Source: Planctomycetota bacterium | GTDB lineage: Bacteria > Planctomycetota > UBA1135 | Direction of reading: 5' to 3' | Assembly: GCA_030748415.1 (NCBI GenBank) | Contig: JASMMA010000003.1 | Location: forward strand, 81,988 to 145,987 | Length of the DNA stretch: 64,000 nucleotides | Shown here: one piece after another, positions 9,102 to 17,752 of the stretch | Layout of the letters: each line of letters begins with the position of its first letter | Position numbering within the stretch: the first letter of the stretch is position 1 | Notes under the pieces: generated by a model | What the model was told of the DNA's origin: nothing | Seen by the model: only the letters and a program-made list of their open reading frames with translations | Database searches by the model: none | Translations under genes and position numbers: made by a program

Positions 9102-9178
9102 TGGTGGGCCGACCAGGACTTGAACCTGGAACCTACGAATTATGAGTTCGCAGCTCTAACCAATTGAGCTATCGGCCC
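9102..9178 (-). tRNA. tRNA with CAU anticodon (elongator Met, or lysidine-type Ile2)
   Basis: A 77-nt cloverleaf folds by hand: GGGCCGA/TCGGCCC acceptor, GCTC/GAGC D stem, GCGAA-CTCATAA-TTCGT anticodon arm, CCAGG-TTCAAGT-CCTGG T arm, and an encoded CCA. It is not initiator-like. The C4/C5 acceptor pairs are Ile2-like. Confidence 0.9.
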
Positions 9179-9228
9179 ATTCCTTGATGGGGATTGTAGT
9201 TACACCTGAATTCAGGTGCTACTTGTTT
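9136..9228. repeat. Repeat copy 1: 5-prime half of tRNA(CAU) plus 50 bp of its upstream region
   Basis: This 93-bp segment is repeated at 9860..9952 with a single mismatch (a at 9204 versus g at 9928). Confidence 0.95.
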
Positions 9229-9234
9229 GAAAGG

Positions 9235-9816
9235 TTACGCCAGCGACTCTTTTCCTAAAAACCTAGTGAGCAAAAAGCTCGCTGTTGCCCAAGGAATCAA
9301 ATAAAGAGCCATCGCCTTCATCGGTGGCGCAAAGAGCCGGAAATCAAGCCATAAGGGAAGGGCAAAGTCGACAACTCCAATAAACAGGCTCAGTCCCAAA
9401 ACACATGCCATCTGCATCTTGCCTGACGGAATGCTCCACTTGAAAACCAGCCAGGATGTGAAAAGAAAGGCTGCAAGCTCTACAAACAGGAACCGAAGAA
9501 GCTCGAACAGTGGACTCGTCCTGCTACTAAAGGCCGAGAAGTCTCCACCATTAGAGGTAATCGACCACCTCGCATGAGGCAATCGTCCGCCAGCCGCAAT
9601 TTCTTCTTGGACCGATTCAGAAGATTTATTCTTAGACATATCGATGACATCACCCCCAAAGTACAAAAAGTATTCGCCTACAAGCGGGCGACCCTGAGCA
9701 TCCTCGGGAAGATTCACGATGGCATTCGTGGCTTGGACCTGAAATGCTAAAAACATCAGCATGGAGATAATCCAAGCGGCGAAGCCAGCCTTAAGTCCTG
9801 CGCGAATCCAACTCAT
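9235..9816 (-). CDS. Hypothetical membrane protein (island cassette 1)
   Basis: It is 193 aa with an N-terminal TM and 3 to 4 C-terminal TMs. It is flanked by the 93-bp direct repeats, and the region is visibly AT-richer than its surroundings. Confidence 0.55.
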   Translation of the reverse strand: MSWIRAGLKAGFAAWIISMLMFLAFQVQATNAIVNLPEDAQGRPLVGEYFLYFGGDVIDMSKNKSSESVQEEIAAGGRLPHARWSITSNGGDFSAFSSRTSPLFELLRFLFVELAAFLFTSWLVFKWSIPSGKMQMACVLGLSLFIGVVDFALPLWLDFRLFAPPMKAMALYLIPWATASFLLTRFLGKESLA

Positions 9817-9859
9817 GAGTATTTAAAAGTCTACAAACTTTGTGCGATTTATGGTGATT

Positions 9860-9952
9860 CGAATTATGAGTTCGCAGCTCTAACCAATTGAGCTATCGGC
9901 CCATTCCTTGATGGGGATTGTAGTTACGCCTGAATTCAGGTGCTACTTGTTT
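9860..9952. repeat. Repeat copy 2: displaced tRNA 5-prime half plus promoter-region copy
   Basis: It matches 9136..9228 at 92 of 93 positions. The left junction forms the palindrome ATTCGAAT (9857..9864). Confidence 0.95.
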
Positions 9953-10095
9953 AGGGGATGGGAACAATTTTGCTGAGACGTGCTTCGTGCTCTCCCTCCT
10001 CTAACTCATTCAAAAATTCTCCAAAAAGCAGTCCTTGATTGGCAAATTTTGGTTTTCTATTTGTGACAAAACTCCAGTTTCCCCTTTTAAGCACC

Positions 10096-10823
10096 ATGCA
10101 TAAGCTCCTTTCCCTCACCTTCCTTCTTTTTTTAGTGCAATCTCTGGATGTGCATTATTACCAGATGCTGCCATAAATTTGGGCTACAAAGGAACTTTAT
10201 CCCTAGATGCAGAGGAGATATCTCTGTCAAAGAGTTCGGTTTTGACAAAAAAAGAATTTGGGTTAAACCGATCCGGCATCGCTCTTGGGGTTGAGGCGCA
10301 ATCCGAAAACGTTCTGCTTGGTGCCGGGATAAGAGATATTACATTTGGCAACACTAGCCCATCTTCTGCGCCACCAGTACCCGGGGGCAGCTCTTCGGCG
10401 GGGTTGATTCCACTTTCTTCAAGAGAGCTTTACCTTTCTTATCGAGTTTTTTCTGAGGAAGATGCAAGTGGTTTTTTTGTTGGAGGGACTGGAGCAACAA
10501 GCGTTGAAGTGGATAGTTACCCTGGATCGCGCTATTCAAGATACTCATTGCTTGAGGGTGATTTTGGAGTGCGAAGTCGTGTGGGAAATCGTGGAGCTTT
10601 CGACCTTATGTTGAGCTATGTCTATACAGTTGACCCCGCTCACGCCACTTTCGCCAATGGCTCAAGTGATTTATCTTTTGAGGGTTTGCAATTTGGTGTT
10701 GCGCTCGCCTTGGTTTTTTTGTTGACCGCATCTGAACGGTTTATAGAATTGAAGGATGATTTGCCCATTAGCCTCGAACCCAAACGACTCATAGCGATTC
10801 GAATTATGAGTTCGCAGTTTTAG
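10096..10823 (+). pseudogene. Lipoprotein gene split by a frameshift in a T7 tract (pseudogene, phase-variable gene or homopolymer error)
   Basis: ATG 10096 encodes MHKLLSLTFLLF and then hits a stop at 10174. Adding one T to the T7 run (10127..10133) gives MHKLLSLTFLLFFSAISGCALLPDAAINLGYKGT, which has a lipobox (ISGC) and joins the 10179..10823 ORF. The 3-prime end runs into tRNA fragment 3. Confidence 0.5.
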
Positions 10824-10825
10824 CC
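10796..10825. repeat. Repeat copy 3: degenerate tRNA anticodon-arm fragment
   Basis: GATTCGAATTATGAGTTCGCAG is identical to copy 2 including the left flank, and then decays (ttttagcc versus ctctaacc). Confidence 0.8.
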
Positions 10826-10856
10826 AAACACAGACCCGAAAAGAAAGTTAGCAGCA

Positions 10857-11171
10857 ATGGAAAACAATAAAGAAGAGGACTTCGAGAAGGCTATCAACAT
10901 TCTTGATAAAGCAATGCACGTTGAGTTGAAGATATCCAGGTCCAGAAAATGGAAATGGATCGGTCTTTCCCTGGTGCTTCTGAGCGGAGTTTGTGTGCTT
11001 GGGATGTTCTTCGAAATAGGCTTGTTTTCTGACGAGATTTGGGAGTGGATTATCTATCTTACTTTTTGGTCGGGAACTTGTTCTGGAATAGATGGCTATA
11101 GCGGAGAACGTGAAGGTCACTTAATTCGATATGCTCGAGATTTAGAGGACAGGCTAAGCGAACAGCAATAA
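10857..11171 (+). CDS. Small hypothetical membrane protein (island cassette)
   Basis: It is 104 aa with two hydrophobic helices. It is AT-rich and lies between tRNA fragments 3 and 4. Confidence 0.45.
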   Translation: MENNKEEDFEKAINILDKAMHVELKISRSRKWKWIGLSLVLLSGVCVLGMFFEIGLFSDEIWEWIIYLTFWSGTCSGIDGYSGEREGHLIRYARDLEDRLSEQQ

Positions 11172-11260
11172 CGTCGGCTTGGGAGTTACCAACATGGTGC
11201 CGACTACTGTCCAGTAACACGCACTGCTAAAAAATTTCCACTCAAACGGCTCTTCTTGGG

Positions 11261-11303
11261 TCGAATTATGAGTTCGCAGCTCTAACCGTGAGCTATCGGG
11301 TAC
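11261..11303. repeat. Repeat copy 4: diverged tRNA 5-prime half
   Basis: TCGAATTATGAGTTCGCAGCTCTAACCGTGAGCTATCGGGTAC matches the tRNA 5-prime half, with a D-loop indel and acceptor-stem changes. It abuts the terminator of the 11366..11650 gene. Confidence 0.8.
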
Positions 11304-11307
11304 ATTC

Positions 11308-11339
11308 AAAAAAAGGGAGTTGACTTGCGTCAACTCCCT
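11308..11339 (-). terminator. Rho-independent terminator of the 11366..11650 gene
   Basis: On the minus strand the hairpin GGGAGTTGAC-GCAA-GTCAACTCCC is followed by TTTTTTT. Confidence 0.7.
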
Positions 11340-11365
11340 GCGCGAAGGGAAATGCCTTCTGCGAA

Positions 11366-11650
11366 CTACTCTGTGTAGGTACCAGAGATTTGGGTGCAGT
11401 GAACGCCAATGATGTTGTTCAAGATACCGAAAAGGGAAGACCAATCATCTGGGCTGGAGGAAACCGAAGTAATGGTGACACTCTCATCGTTTGGAACTTC
11501 GGCGCGTGCGGCGGCCATGTCGTCGCCGGGAATCTCAAAGCCAAAAAGGACAAAGGATTCGGCGTGGGCAGAAAAGGTGCCGTCGGTGTAATGGACGCCT
11601 GAACAAGATGCTGCCAAAAAGAGGGGAAGAAGGAGGGCTTTTGCTTTCAT
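11366..11650 (-). CDS. Small lipoprotein (possibly Bor-like)
   Basis: It begins MKAKALLLPLFLAASC, a signal peptide with a lipobox. At about 94 aa, its size and C-terminal pattern loosely recall Bor-family lipoproteins. Confidence 0.55.
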   Translation of the reverse strand: MKAKALLLPLFLAASCSGVHYTDGTFSAHAESFVLFGFEIPGDDMAAARAEVPNDESVTITSVSSSPDDWSSLFGILNNIIGVHCTQISGTYTE

Positions 11651-11768
11651 GATGGGGAGTTTAACGCTTCCCCCTTGGCTTGAGGCCAGCTTTTAGCTTA
11701 GTTATTAGGAGATTAGCACCCCCAAAAGCCTGCTCGCCTTGGACTGAAGAGGCTAAAATCCCCGACCG

Positions 11769-12254
11769 ATGACTGAACCCAGCACCATTACTCTCCAACA
11801 TATTCTCATCCAGAAGCGCGACGAGGCCGAGGATATTGCCAAGGGCTTGTTTGAGCGCGCGCAAGGCGGTGAAGATTTCGAGGCGCTCATGAAGGAGCAC
11901 TCCGAAGACCCTGGCGGCGGCACTTATGCAATGTTAAACAACGGTGTGGAGGGCCGCACCTTCACAGACCACATGTCCGACCTAAACAAACGCGCTGAAG
12001 CCATGGATTTAGAACTTCGCGAAGCCGTGAGTACAGGCAAAATGAACCACGAAGAGGCTGAAGCCAAAATGAAGGGGTTTATTGAAAACCTTCAGGGGGA
12101 AGCCGCAGATGTGGACCTGCCCTACCCACGAGCCACGATGGTGAAAGCGTTTGGCGATGTCGGCTTTGCTTTAGAAGTCGGCGGAATTGGCCTTGCGCCA
12201 TTTCACGAAGAAGATTCGCCCTTCGGTTGGCACATTATTCGCCGAACAAACTAA
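11769..12254 (+). CDS. Parvulin-type (PpiC) peptidyl-prolyl isomerase
   Basis: Parvulin signatures are present: ITLQHILIQ, EDFEALMKEHSEDPGGG and FGWHIIRR. Confidence 0.75.
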   Translation: MTEPSTITLQHILIQKRDEAEDIAKGLFERAQGGEDFEALMKEHSEDPGGGTYAMLNNGVEGRTFTDHMSDLNKRAEAMDLELREAVSTGKMNHEEAEAKMKGFIENLQGEAADVDLPYPRATMVKAFGDVGFALEVGGIGLAPFHEEDSPFGWHIIRRTN

Positions 12255-12268
12255 ACCTGCCACGGTTC

Positions 12269-13357
12269 TCACCGAGGCATTTCCTTTACATGCAGGTCAC
12301 GCTGCGGAAAGGGAATTTCAATTTTGTTCGCTTGAAGCTCAAGATACACCGAGCGGAGGAGAGCATCCAATGCTTGCCCGCGCAAGAGCGGTTCCGAAAT
12401 CCAGCAAAGAAGTTCGAAGTCAAGGCTGGACTCACCCAATGCACGGAATCTAACGCGGGGCTCAGGGTTGTTGCAGATTAGCTTTTCGTTTTTTGCAACG
12501 GACATGAGTACTTCTCGAACTTGATCTACATCGGAGCCATAGGCGACCCCAACTGGAACTCGCAGTCGCCGGCGCTGGCTGCCACCACCACTTTCGTTTG
12601 TGATGGTAGCGGAACCCATGACAGAATTCGGCACAGAAACCTCAATGTCGTCCCGAGTTAGAAGGCGCGTAGAGCGGAGCCCAATGTGGGTGACTTGGCC
12701 GCGTGTTCCATTATCTAAAACAATGAAATCTCCAACGCGGTAGGGGGCGTCAGCAATAATGAATACACCGGCGAATAGGTTGGCAAGAGTGTCTTGAGCG
12801 GCAAATCCAACCGCCATGGCCAATATTCCGGCAGATGCAAGCCAGCCGGTAGCATCTACATCCCAAATGGAAATAAGAACAAAAACCGCCAAACCAAAGA
12901 TGAGAAGCTTGGCAAGGTTGTCGAATAGGGGGAGCGTGGACTTTCCAACTGCCTTAAACCGGTCCTCCTGACAAGAGGCCGCGCCCAGGAGTAAACTACA
13001 TATTTTGGGAAGAGCGAACGCCCAAACCAAAAGGGCCAAAGATAAGAGTCCACGGACAGTTCCCTTTAGGGCAGCGTCCGCCAAATTGAGCCGGGTGGCT
13101 GATGCGGCAAGACCAAATAGAACAACTGTCTTCACGACGGGACCGTGAAGGAAGCCAATGACTTGGTCATCTAGAAGAGTTTTTGTTTTCCCAGCAAGCG
13201 CCTTCAGAGTAAGCCGAAGAATCCAACTCGATAACCATGCCGTAACGACTGAGAGAACAAAAAGAGTCCCGGCCTCAGCCCAGGGACCCTGGGGAAGGAA
13301 TTGCGGATAGGAGAAGTCGAGGCCGGGTGCGAGCGAGTCGCCTGTTTGTTGAATCAC
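12269..13357 (-). CDS. Mechanosensitive ion channel (MscS family)
   Basis: N-terminal TMs are followed by the MscS core LANLFAGVFIIADAPYRVGDFIVLDNGTRGQVTHIGLRSTRLLTRDDIEVSVPNS. Confidence 0.85.
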   Translation of the reverse strand: MIQQTGDSLAPGLDFSYPQFLPQGPWAEAGTLFVLSVVTAWLSSWILRLTLKALAGKTKTLLDDQVIGFLHGPVVKTVVLFGLAASATRLNLADAALKGTVRGLLSLALLVWAFALPKICSLLLGAASCQEDRFKAVGKSTLPLFDNLAKLLIFGLAVFVLISIWDVDATGWLASAGILAMAVGFAAQDTLANLFAGVFIIADAPYRVGDFIVLDNGTRGQVTHIGLRSTRLLTRDDIEVSVPNSVMGSATITNESGGGSQRRRLRVPVGVAYGSDVDQVREVLMSVAKNEKLICNNPEPRVRFRALGESSLDFELLCWISEPLLRGQALDALLRSVYLELQANKIEIPFPQRDLHVKEMPR

Positions 13358-14829
13358 TGAATCTGTTCGGTGTGGAGGTTAGAGCTGTCCCCTATTGTCA
13401 CAGCCTGCAACCAAACATCAAGCCCTGCGGCAGAAGCGGGAAGTTGCCTTGAAAAAGATGCTGTCCCAGAACCAGAAGTAATCACTTGAGCGATGATGTT
13501 GGGCGCATCAAGGCCGACAGTCGTCATCGCACCCGGTATTTGGTACACCGAAGAACCGGAAAGAGAGTTCGCGAACCAAACAACTTGCCCAGCAGTTCCG
13601 CCAGACAAGCTCAAAGTCGCCTGTGACCCTGCAACAAGCGGTGTAACACTTAAAACCAAATCCCCAGATAGGCCTGCCTGAACAGCCTTACGCAGATTCA
13701 CACGACCGTGGCCGTGAACATCGTCTTCGCCTGGCGCGCCGATGTCATCGCAAGATGCGTAGAGGCGAGCTTGAACTTGGTCCGGCGTAAACCATGGGTT
13801 GACAGCAAAAATCATGGCTGCAACACCATTTGCAACGGGTGTAGCCATGCTCGTACCACTCCAAGCTTGGTAACCACCACCAACAACGGTTGAAAGAATG
13901 CCGACTCCTGGGGACGCGACATCAATTGCCTTTCCGTAACTTGACCAGCTTGGTTTTTGGTCCGCAGAGTCCGTTGCACCAACAACAATCGTATCTGGAT
14001 AATCAAAGCTTGAGTGGTTCCGGCCTGAGTTATCGGCTGCATAAAAGAATAGGCCCCCTTTTAGCTTGATGTCTGTTCCAGTTGTTCCAACTGAAGAATT
14101 TTCGACTCCGCTATAGGAAGCGCTTACGGTCTTGGCTCCGTTATCGACGGCCCATCGGGCGCCATCAAGAATGTCTGACAAATAGGCTCCACCACTTGGT
14201 GAATTGCTAACCCTAACGGGCATTAGCTTCATGTTCCATGTAACGCCGGCAACGCCTACGCCATTATTGCCAATTGCGCCGAAACAACCTGCGACGTGTG
14301 TCCCATGACCATTAATGTCGCTTGTATCGCCACCATGAACCTCTTCAAGTTGGTCCGGTGCGTTGTAGCCGGGTATTAAATTGGCCGCTAAGTCAGGGTG
14401 TCCATGATCAACACCGGTATCGCACCAACTAATGATTTGGTTGGAGTCACCTGTGATTAAATCCCAACCTTGAGAAGACTCCATGTTTACATGGTGCCAC
14501 TGGTTTCCATACTCAGGGTCGTTTGGATCACCCAAAGGGAAGCAAAGCCAATCAGGCTCGACATACTCGTAATCACCTGTGGCCATCCAGGCTGCGGCGA
14601 GGGTGTTTTCAGTCATCCCTTCTGGAACTGAAACGACATATTCGCGAGTCTCAGGAAAGTGTCGAATAACCAAGTTGTCCAAGCGCGAAACTGCTGAAGC
14701 CGGGGCGTTTGAAACGGGCCTAACAATCATGCGGCCCGAAAATTCAAGCTCACCATGGCGTTCAATAAACTGGGTGGGAGTTGATTGTGCAGGAAAGGCG
14801 AACAGGATGAGGGGAATGAGGAGTTGCAT
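13354..14829 (-). CDS. Secreted S8 (subtilisin-like) serine peptidase with the shared C-terminal domain
   Basis: It has a signal peptide and the catalytic motifs DTGVD, HGTHVAG and GTSMATP. The last 105 aa or so match the shared CTD motif (LPASAAGLDVWLQAV). Confidence 0.9.
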   Translation of the reverse strand: MQLLIPLILFAFPAQSTPTQFIERHGELEFSGRMIVRPVSNAPASAVSRLDNLVIRHFPETREYVVSVPEGMTENTLAAAWMATGDYEYVEPDWLCFPLGDPNDPEYGNQWHHVNMESSQGWDLITGDSNQIISWCDTGVDHGHPDLAANLIPGYNAPDQLEEVHGGDTSDINGHGTHVAGCFGAIGNNGVGVAGVTWNMKLMPVRVSNSPSGGAYLSDILDGARWAVDNGAKTVSASYSGVENSSVGTTGTDIKLKGGLFFYAADNSGRNHSSFDYPDTIVVGATDSADQKPSWSSYGKAIDVASPGVGILSTVVGGGYQAWSGTSMATPVANGVAAMIFAVNPWFTPDQVQARLYASCDDIGAPGEDDVHGHGRVNLRKAVQAGLSGDLVLSVTPLVAGSQATLSLSGGTAGQVVWFANSLSGSSVYQIPGAMTTVGLDAPNIIAQVITSGSGTASFSRQLPASAAGLDVWLQAVTIGDSSNLHTEQIQ

Positions 14830-14866
14830 GAACCCACCTTAACAGGAGTGCGCCTATTATGGGGGT

Positions 14867-16594
14867 GTGAAAAAGTTCCTCGGACGCGTTTTTGCTTCGG
14901 CAGCAGGCCTAGCTTTGCTCCTTTGCCTTTCTCTTCTTGTAATGGTGGCTGTTTCTAGTGAAGCTCCCCTCGAAATTGAGCCTGGCTCCATTCTTGTGCT
15001 TGATTTATCCACCCCAATTAGTGACCGAGGCATTGAACCAAAACTCACCGACCGCATGCAAGGAGCTGAGACTCCTCTCCAGCTTCATCGGGTAACTTCT
15101 GCCCTTAAGCTCGCTGCGGCCGACGACCGCATCGGCGGACTTTTCATGCATGGTGCGCCTTCAGGTATTGGCTGGGCTTCGGTTCGAGAAATGCGCGAAG
15201 CTATCCAGGAATTTAAAGACAACAACAAACCCGTGTACTCTTGGTTTCCCAATCTGACCGAAAGCACCTTCAGTTTTGCCACTTTGGCCGACCCCTCCTG
15301 GTCCGCCCCCTTTGGTACTTTCATGCTTGACGGTTTTGCTGCTGAGGTCATGTACTTCAAAGACCTCCTTGAAAATATTGGTGTTGAAATACAGGTAACT
15401 CGAGTTGGGAAATATAAGAGTGCTGTTGAGCCATTCATGCTTGACCGTATGAGTAAGGCAAACCGCGAGCAAATTGAAAATTTCACCGGCGACTTGTTTG
15501 AGGTCGCGATGGAAGACTCTGCGAGCTCCCTTGGGGTTAGCCGAGAAGAACTCCGCAGCAGGGCCACAGAACGAGGCGCCATGCGAACCGAACAAGCTGC
15601 AGAAGCCGGCCTGTTGTCAGGGATTCTGTATTGGGACGAGGTCCTCGAGAAGCTTGCCGAGTTGGCTCCTGCGGAGGATGGTTTTGCCCAAGTTTCATTT
15701 TCTGATTACCTTGACGCAACTCCCAACGAAAAAAGAGAGTCCAGCGGAACGGTAGCCGTGGTTTTTGCGGAAGGAGAAATTTACGATGGCAGTGGTGAAA
15801 ATGGAGTTGCGGGGGACTCAGTCGCAAAAGAACTCCGAGAGTTGAGGCTTGACGATGAAGTTGATGCCGTTGTTTTAAGAGTCAACAGTCCAGGGGGTTC
15901 GGCAACAGCCTCTGAAACTATTCTTCGGGAAATGGAGCTCTTAAAAGCCCAAAAGCCCGTCGTGGTGTCCATGGGAAATGTCGCTGCCTCGGGTGGCTAT
16001 TGGATTTCCTGTAAAGCAAATCAAATCTTTGTCCAGCCCAACACCATTACGGGTTCAATTGGTGTTTTCGGAATGCTCCCCAATTGCCAAGGCTTGCTCG
16101 ATGAAATCGGCATCCGTGTAGAAACCGTCCGCACCGGCCCGCTCGCCGATATGCATTCTTTTTTCCGCCCCAAAACAAAAGAAGAGCTTGCAGTCATTCA
16201 AAGTTTTGTGGATGACATTTATGAGGGTTTCCTTGACCGAGTTGCTGATGGCCGCGGAATGGACCGCAACCAGGTTCATGAAATAGCTCAGGGTCGTGTT
16301 TGGTCAGGAAAGGACGCTGTTGAACTTGGGCTCGCAGATTCTTTTGGGGGCCTCCAAGATGCGGCAAATGCTGCAGCGGAGCTCGCTGGATTATCAGATG
16401 ACTTTGAACTGGATTTCCCAACTGAAGACCCCGGGGTCATGGACCTTCTTTTGGAATCTCTCATAAAGGAAGAAGAAACCGAAAATCTTGCTGGCGCCGC
16501 CGCACCCTTCCTTTCCCTGCTTGATTCCTTCCCAAGGTTTGGTGCGCGAAACGGCGTTTACGCTAGGATCCCTTGGGAGATTAGGATCCGTTAA
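14867..16594 (+). CDS. sppA: Signal peptide peptidase SppA (67K type, tandem S49 domains)
   Basis: An N-terminal TM is followed by two ClpP/S49-like halves. The second carries VVSMGNVAASGGYWISC. Confidence 0.85.
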   Translation: MKKFLGRVFASAAGLALLLCLSLLVMVAVSSEAPLEIEPGSILVLDLSTPISDRGIEPKLTDRMQGAETPLQLHRVTSALKLAAADDRIGGLFMHGAPSGIGWASVREMREAIQEFKDNNKPVYSWFPNLTESTFSFATLADPSWSAPFGTFMLDGFAAEVMYFKDLLENIGVEIQVTRVGKYKSAVEPFMLDRMSKANREQIENFTGDLFEVAMEDSASSLGVSREELRSRATERGAMRTEQAAEAGLLSGILYWDEVLEKLAELAPAEDGFAQVSFSDYLDATPNEKRESSGTVAVVFAEGEIYDGSGENGVAGDSVAKELRELRLDDEVDAVVLRVNSPGGSATASETILREMELLKAQKPVVVSMGNVAASGGYWISCKANQIFVQPNTITGSIGVFGMLPNCQGLLDEIGIRVETVRTGPLADMHSFFRPKTKEELAVIQSFVDDIYEGFLDRVADGRGMDRNQVHEIAQGRVWSGKDAVELGLADSFGGLQDAANAAAELAGLSDDFELDFPTEDPGVMDLLLESLIKEEETENLAGAAAPFLSLLDSFPRFGARNGVYARIPWEIRIR

Positions 16595-17672
16595 TTGATT
16601 TCACCCGGCTCATTGTTTCGTCAATTTTGAAAATGGTTTGACGAACCCATTCGTAGTCGCCTGGCGAGATTGATTGAGCTTGCATTTTTTCTAGTAGCCG
16701 GCGGGCATCTAGCCATCGAGATTGCTCCGTCCAAAGTTCTACCAAGTTCCCCGCCGCCTTCATGTGAACTGGGTTCAATTCAAGTGCACGCAAGTAGGCC
16801 TCTTCAGCTCCGGTGAAATCGCTATCCCAATCAAGAGCACAACCCAAGTTGAAGGCATATCTCGGCTCTTGCGGGTTTTCTCTTCCTGCAAAGCTAAAAC
16901 ACTCCGCTGCAAATTCGAAGCCGTCAATCCAAGAAGACTCAGCGGCGGCACGAAATGCGCTCATTCCCGCCTCGTTCCAAAGCTGTGAATTCGTTTCTTC
17001 GGCTTCAGCCAAGTGGCGAAAACTTCGATAGGCTTCTTGGTTCCTTCCACTTGCCTGAAGAGCTTCTGCGCGCATCAATTCCCATTTTTGACTTTGTCCC
17101 TGCTCTGGAACCATCTTATCTAGCAATTCAATCGCACGGGCTGGGTGCCCACTTGCGAGCGCTGATTCAGCCGCAAGCCACAGAATGCTGGATTCCTCTC
17201 CCACCTTTTCAATACAACTAAGAAAGCGTGGAAGTGCTTCGCGATGGCGGCCAAGCTTTTGGAGAACCAAAGCCCAAGAAAAACTGCCGCAGGTCGTCGA
17301 TAGGAGTGGTTGATGTGCAGCTTCCTTCTCTGCGGCTTCTGTATCGCCTGCCTGAATAAGAGCAAAAATATGAAGACCAAAAAGGGACTCACTTTCGGGA
17401 AAAAGGGAGCGCAAACCGTTCAGCTGAATAGAGGCTGATTGGTAATTCCCTTCTTTTATCAACAAAAGTGCTGCCTCGAACTGAGGGTCTAAACCCCAAG
17501 TCAGCTTCATGTCCTCAACAGCTCCCTCAGCCTGAAACACAACTGGAAGAAATCCAATATCAGGTAAAACAACCTGGTCCAAATAAGACAGGGTGTTTTG
17601 GGGCTCCTCCTGTTGTTTCTGGGCAGCGCAGGCGGCTATCAAAAGGAGTGGAATAAGCTGGATTTGCTTCAT
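16581..17672 (-). CDS. TPR-repeat lipoprotein
   Basis: It has a signal peptide with lipobox LIAAC, followed by repeated TPR-like A/L/Y-rich helical pairs. Confidence 0.65.
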   Translation of the reverse strand: MKQIQLIPLLLIAACAAQKQQEEPQNTLSYLDQVVLPDIGFLPVVFQAEGAVEDMKLTWGLDPQFEAALLLIKEGNYQSASIQLNGLRSLFPESESLFGLHIFALIQAGDTEAAEKEAAHQPLLSTTCGSFSWALVLQKLGRHREALPRFLSCIEKVGEESSILWLAAESALASGHPARAIELLDKMVPEQGQSQKWELMRAEALQASGRNQEAYRSFRHLAEAEETNSQLWNEAGMSAFRAAAESSWIDGFEFAAECFSFAGRENPQEPRYAFNLGCALDWDSDFTGAEEAYLRALELNPVHMKAAGNLVELWTEQSRWLDARRLLEKMQAQSISPGDYEWVRQTIFKIDETMSRVKSINGS

Positions 17673-17752
17673 TTTTGAAGGAGTATCTTAATGACGCCGC
17701 TGGAACTCATTGGCTTCCATCTCTACAATCAAATCGTCCCCTTTCATCCCCC

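Noticed and set aside
8910-9167. Plus-strand 85-aa ORF (and the overlapping 68-aa ORF 8917..9123) from the track
   Set aside because: It runs antisense through the SelW-like gene and into the tRNA. It has no recognisable motif and is a shadow ORF.
9102-9178. Initiator tRNA-fMet
   Set aside because: The anticodon stem lacks the three consecutive G-C pairs. Position 1-72 is a normal G-C pair rather than the initiator mismatch.
9102-11303. Calling the tRNA-flanked region a prophage, ICE or integron
   Set aside because: No integrase, transposase or attC-like structures are visible, and the cassettes are under 1 kb. I report it only as a repeat array of uncertain mechanism.
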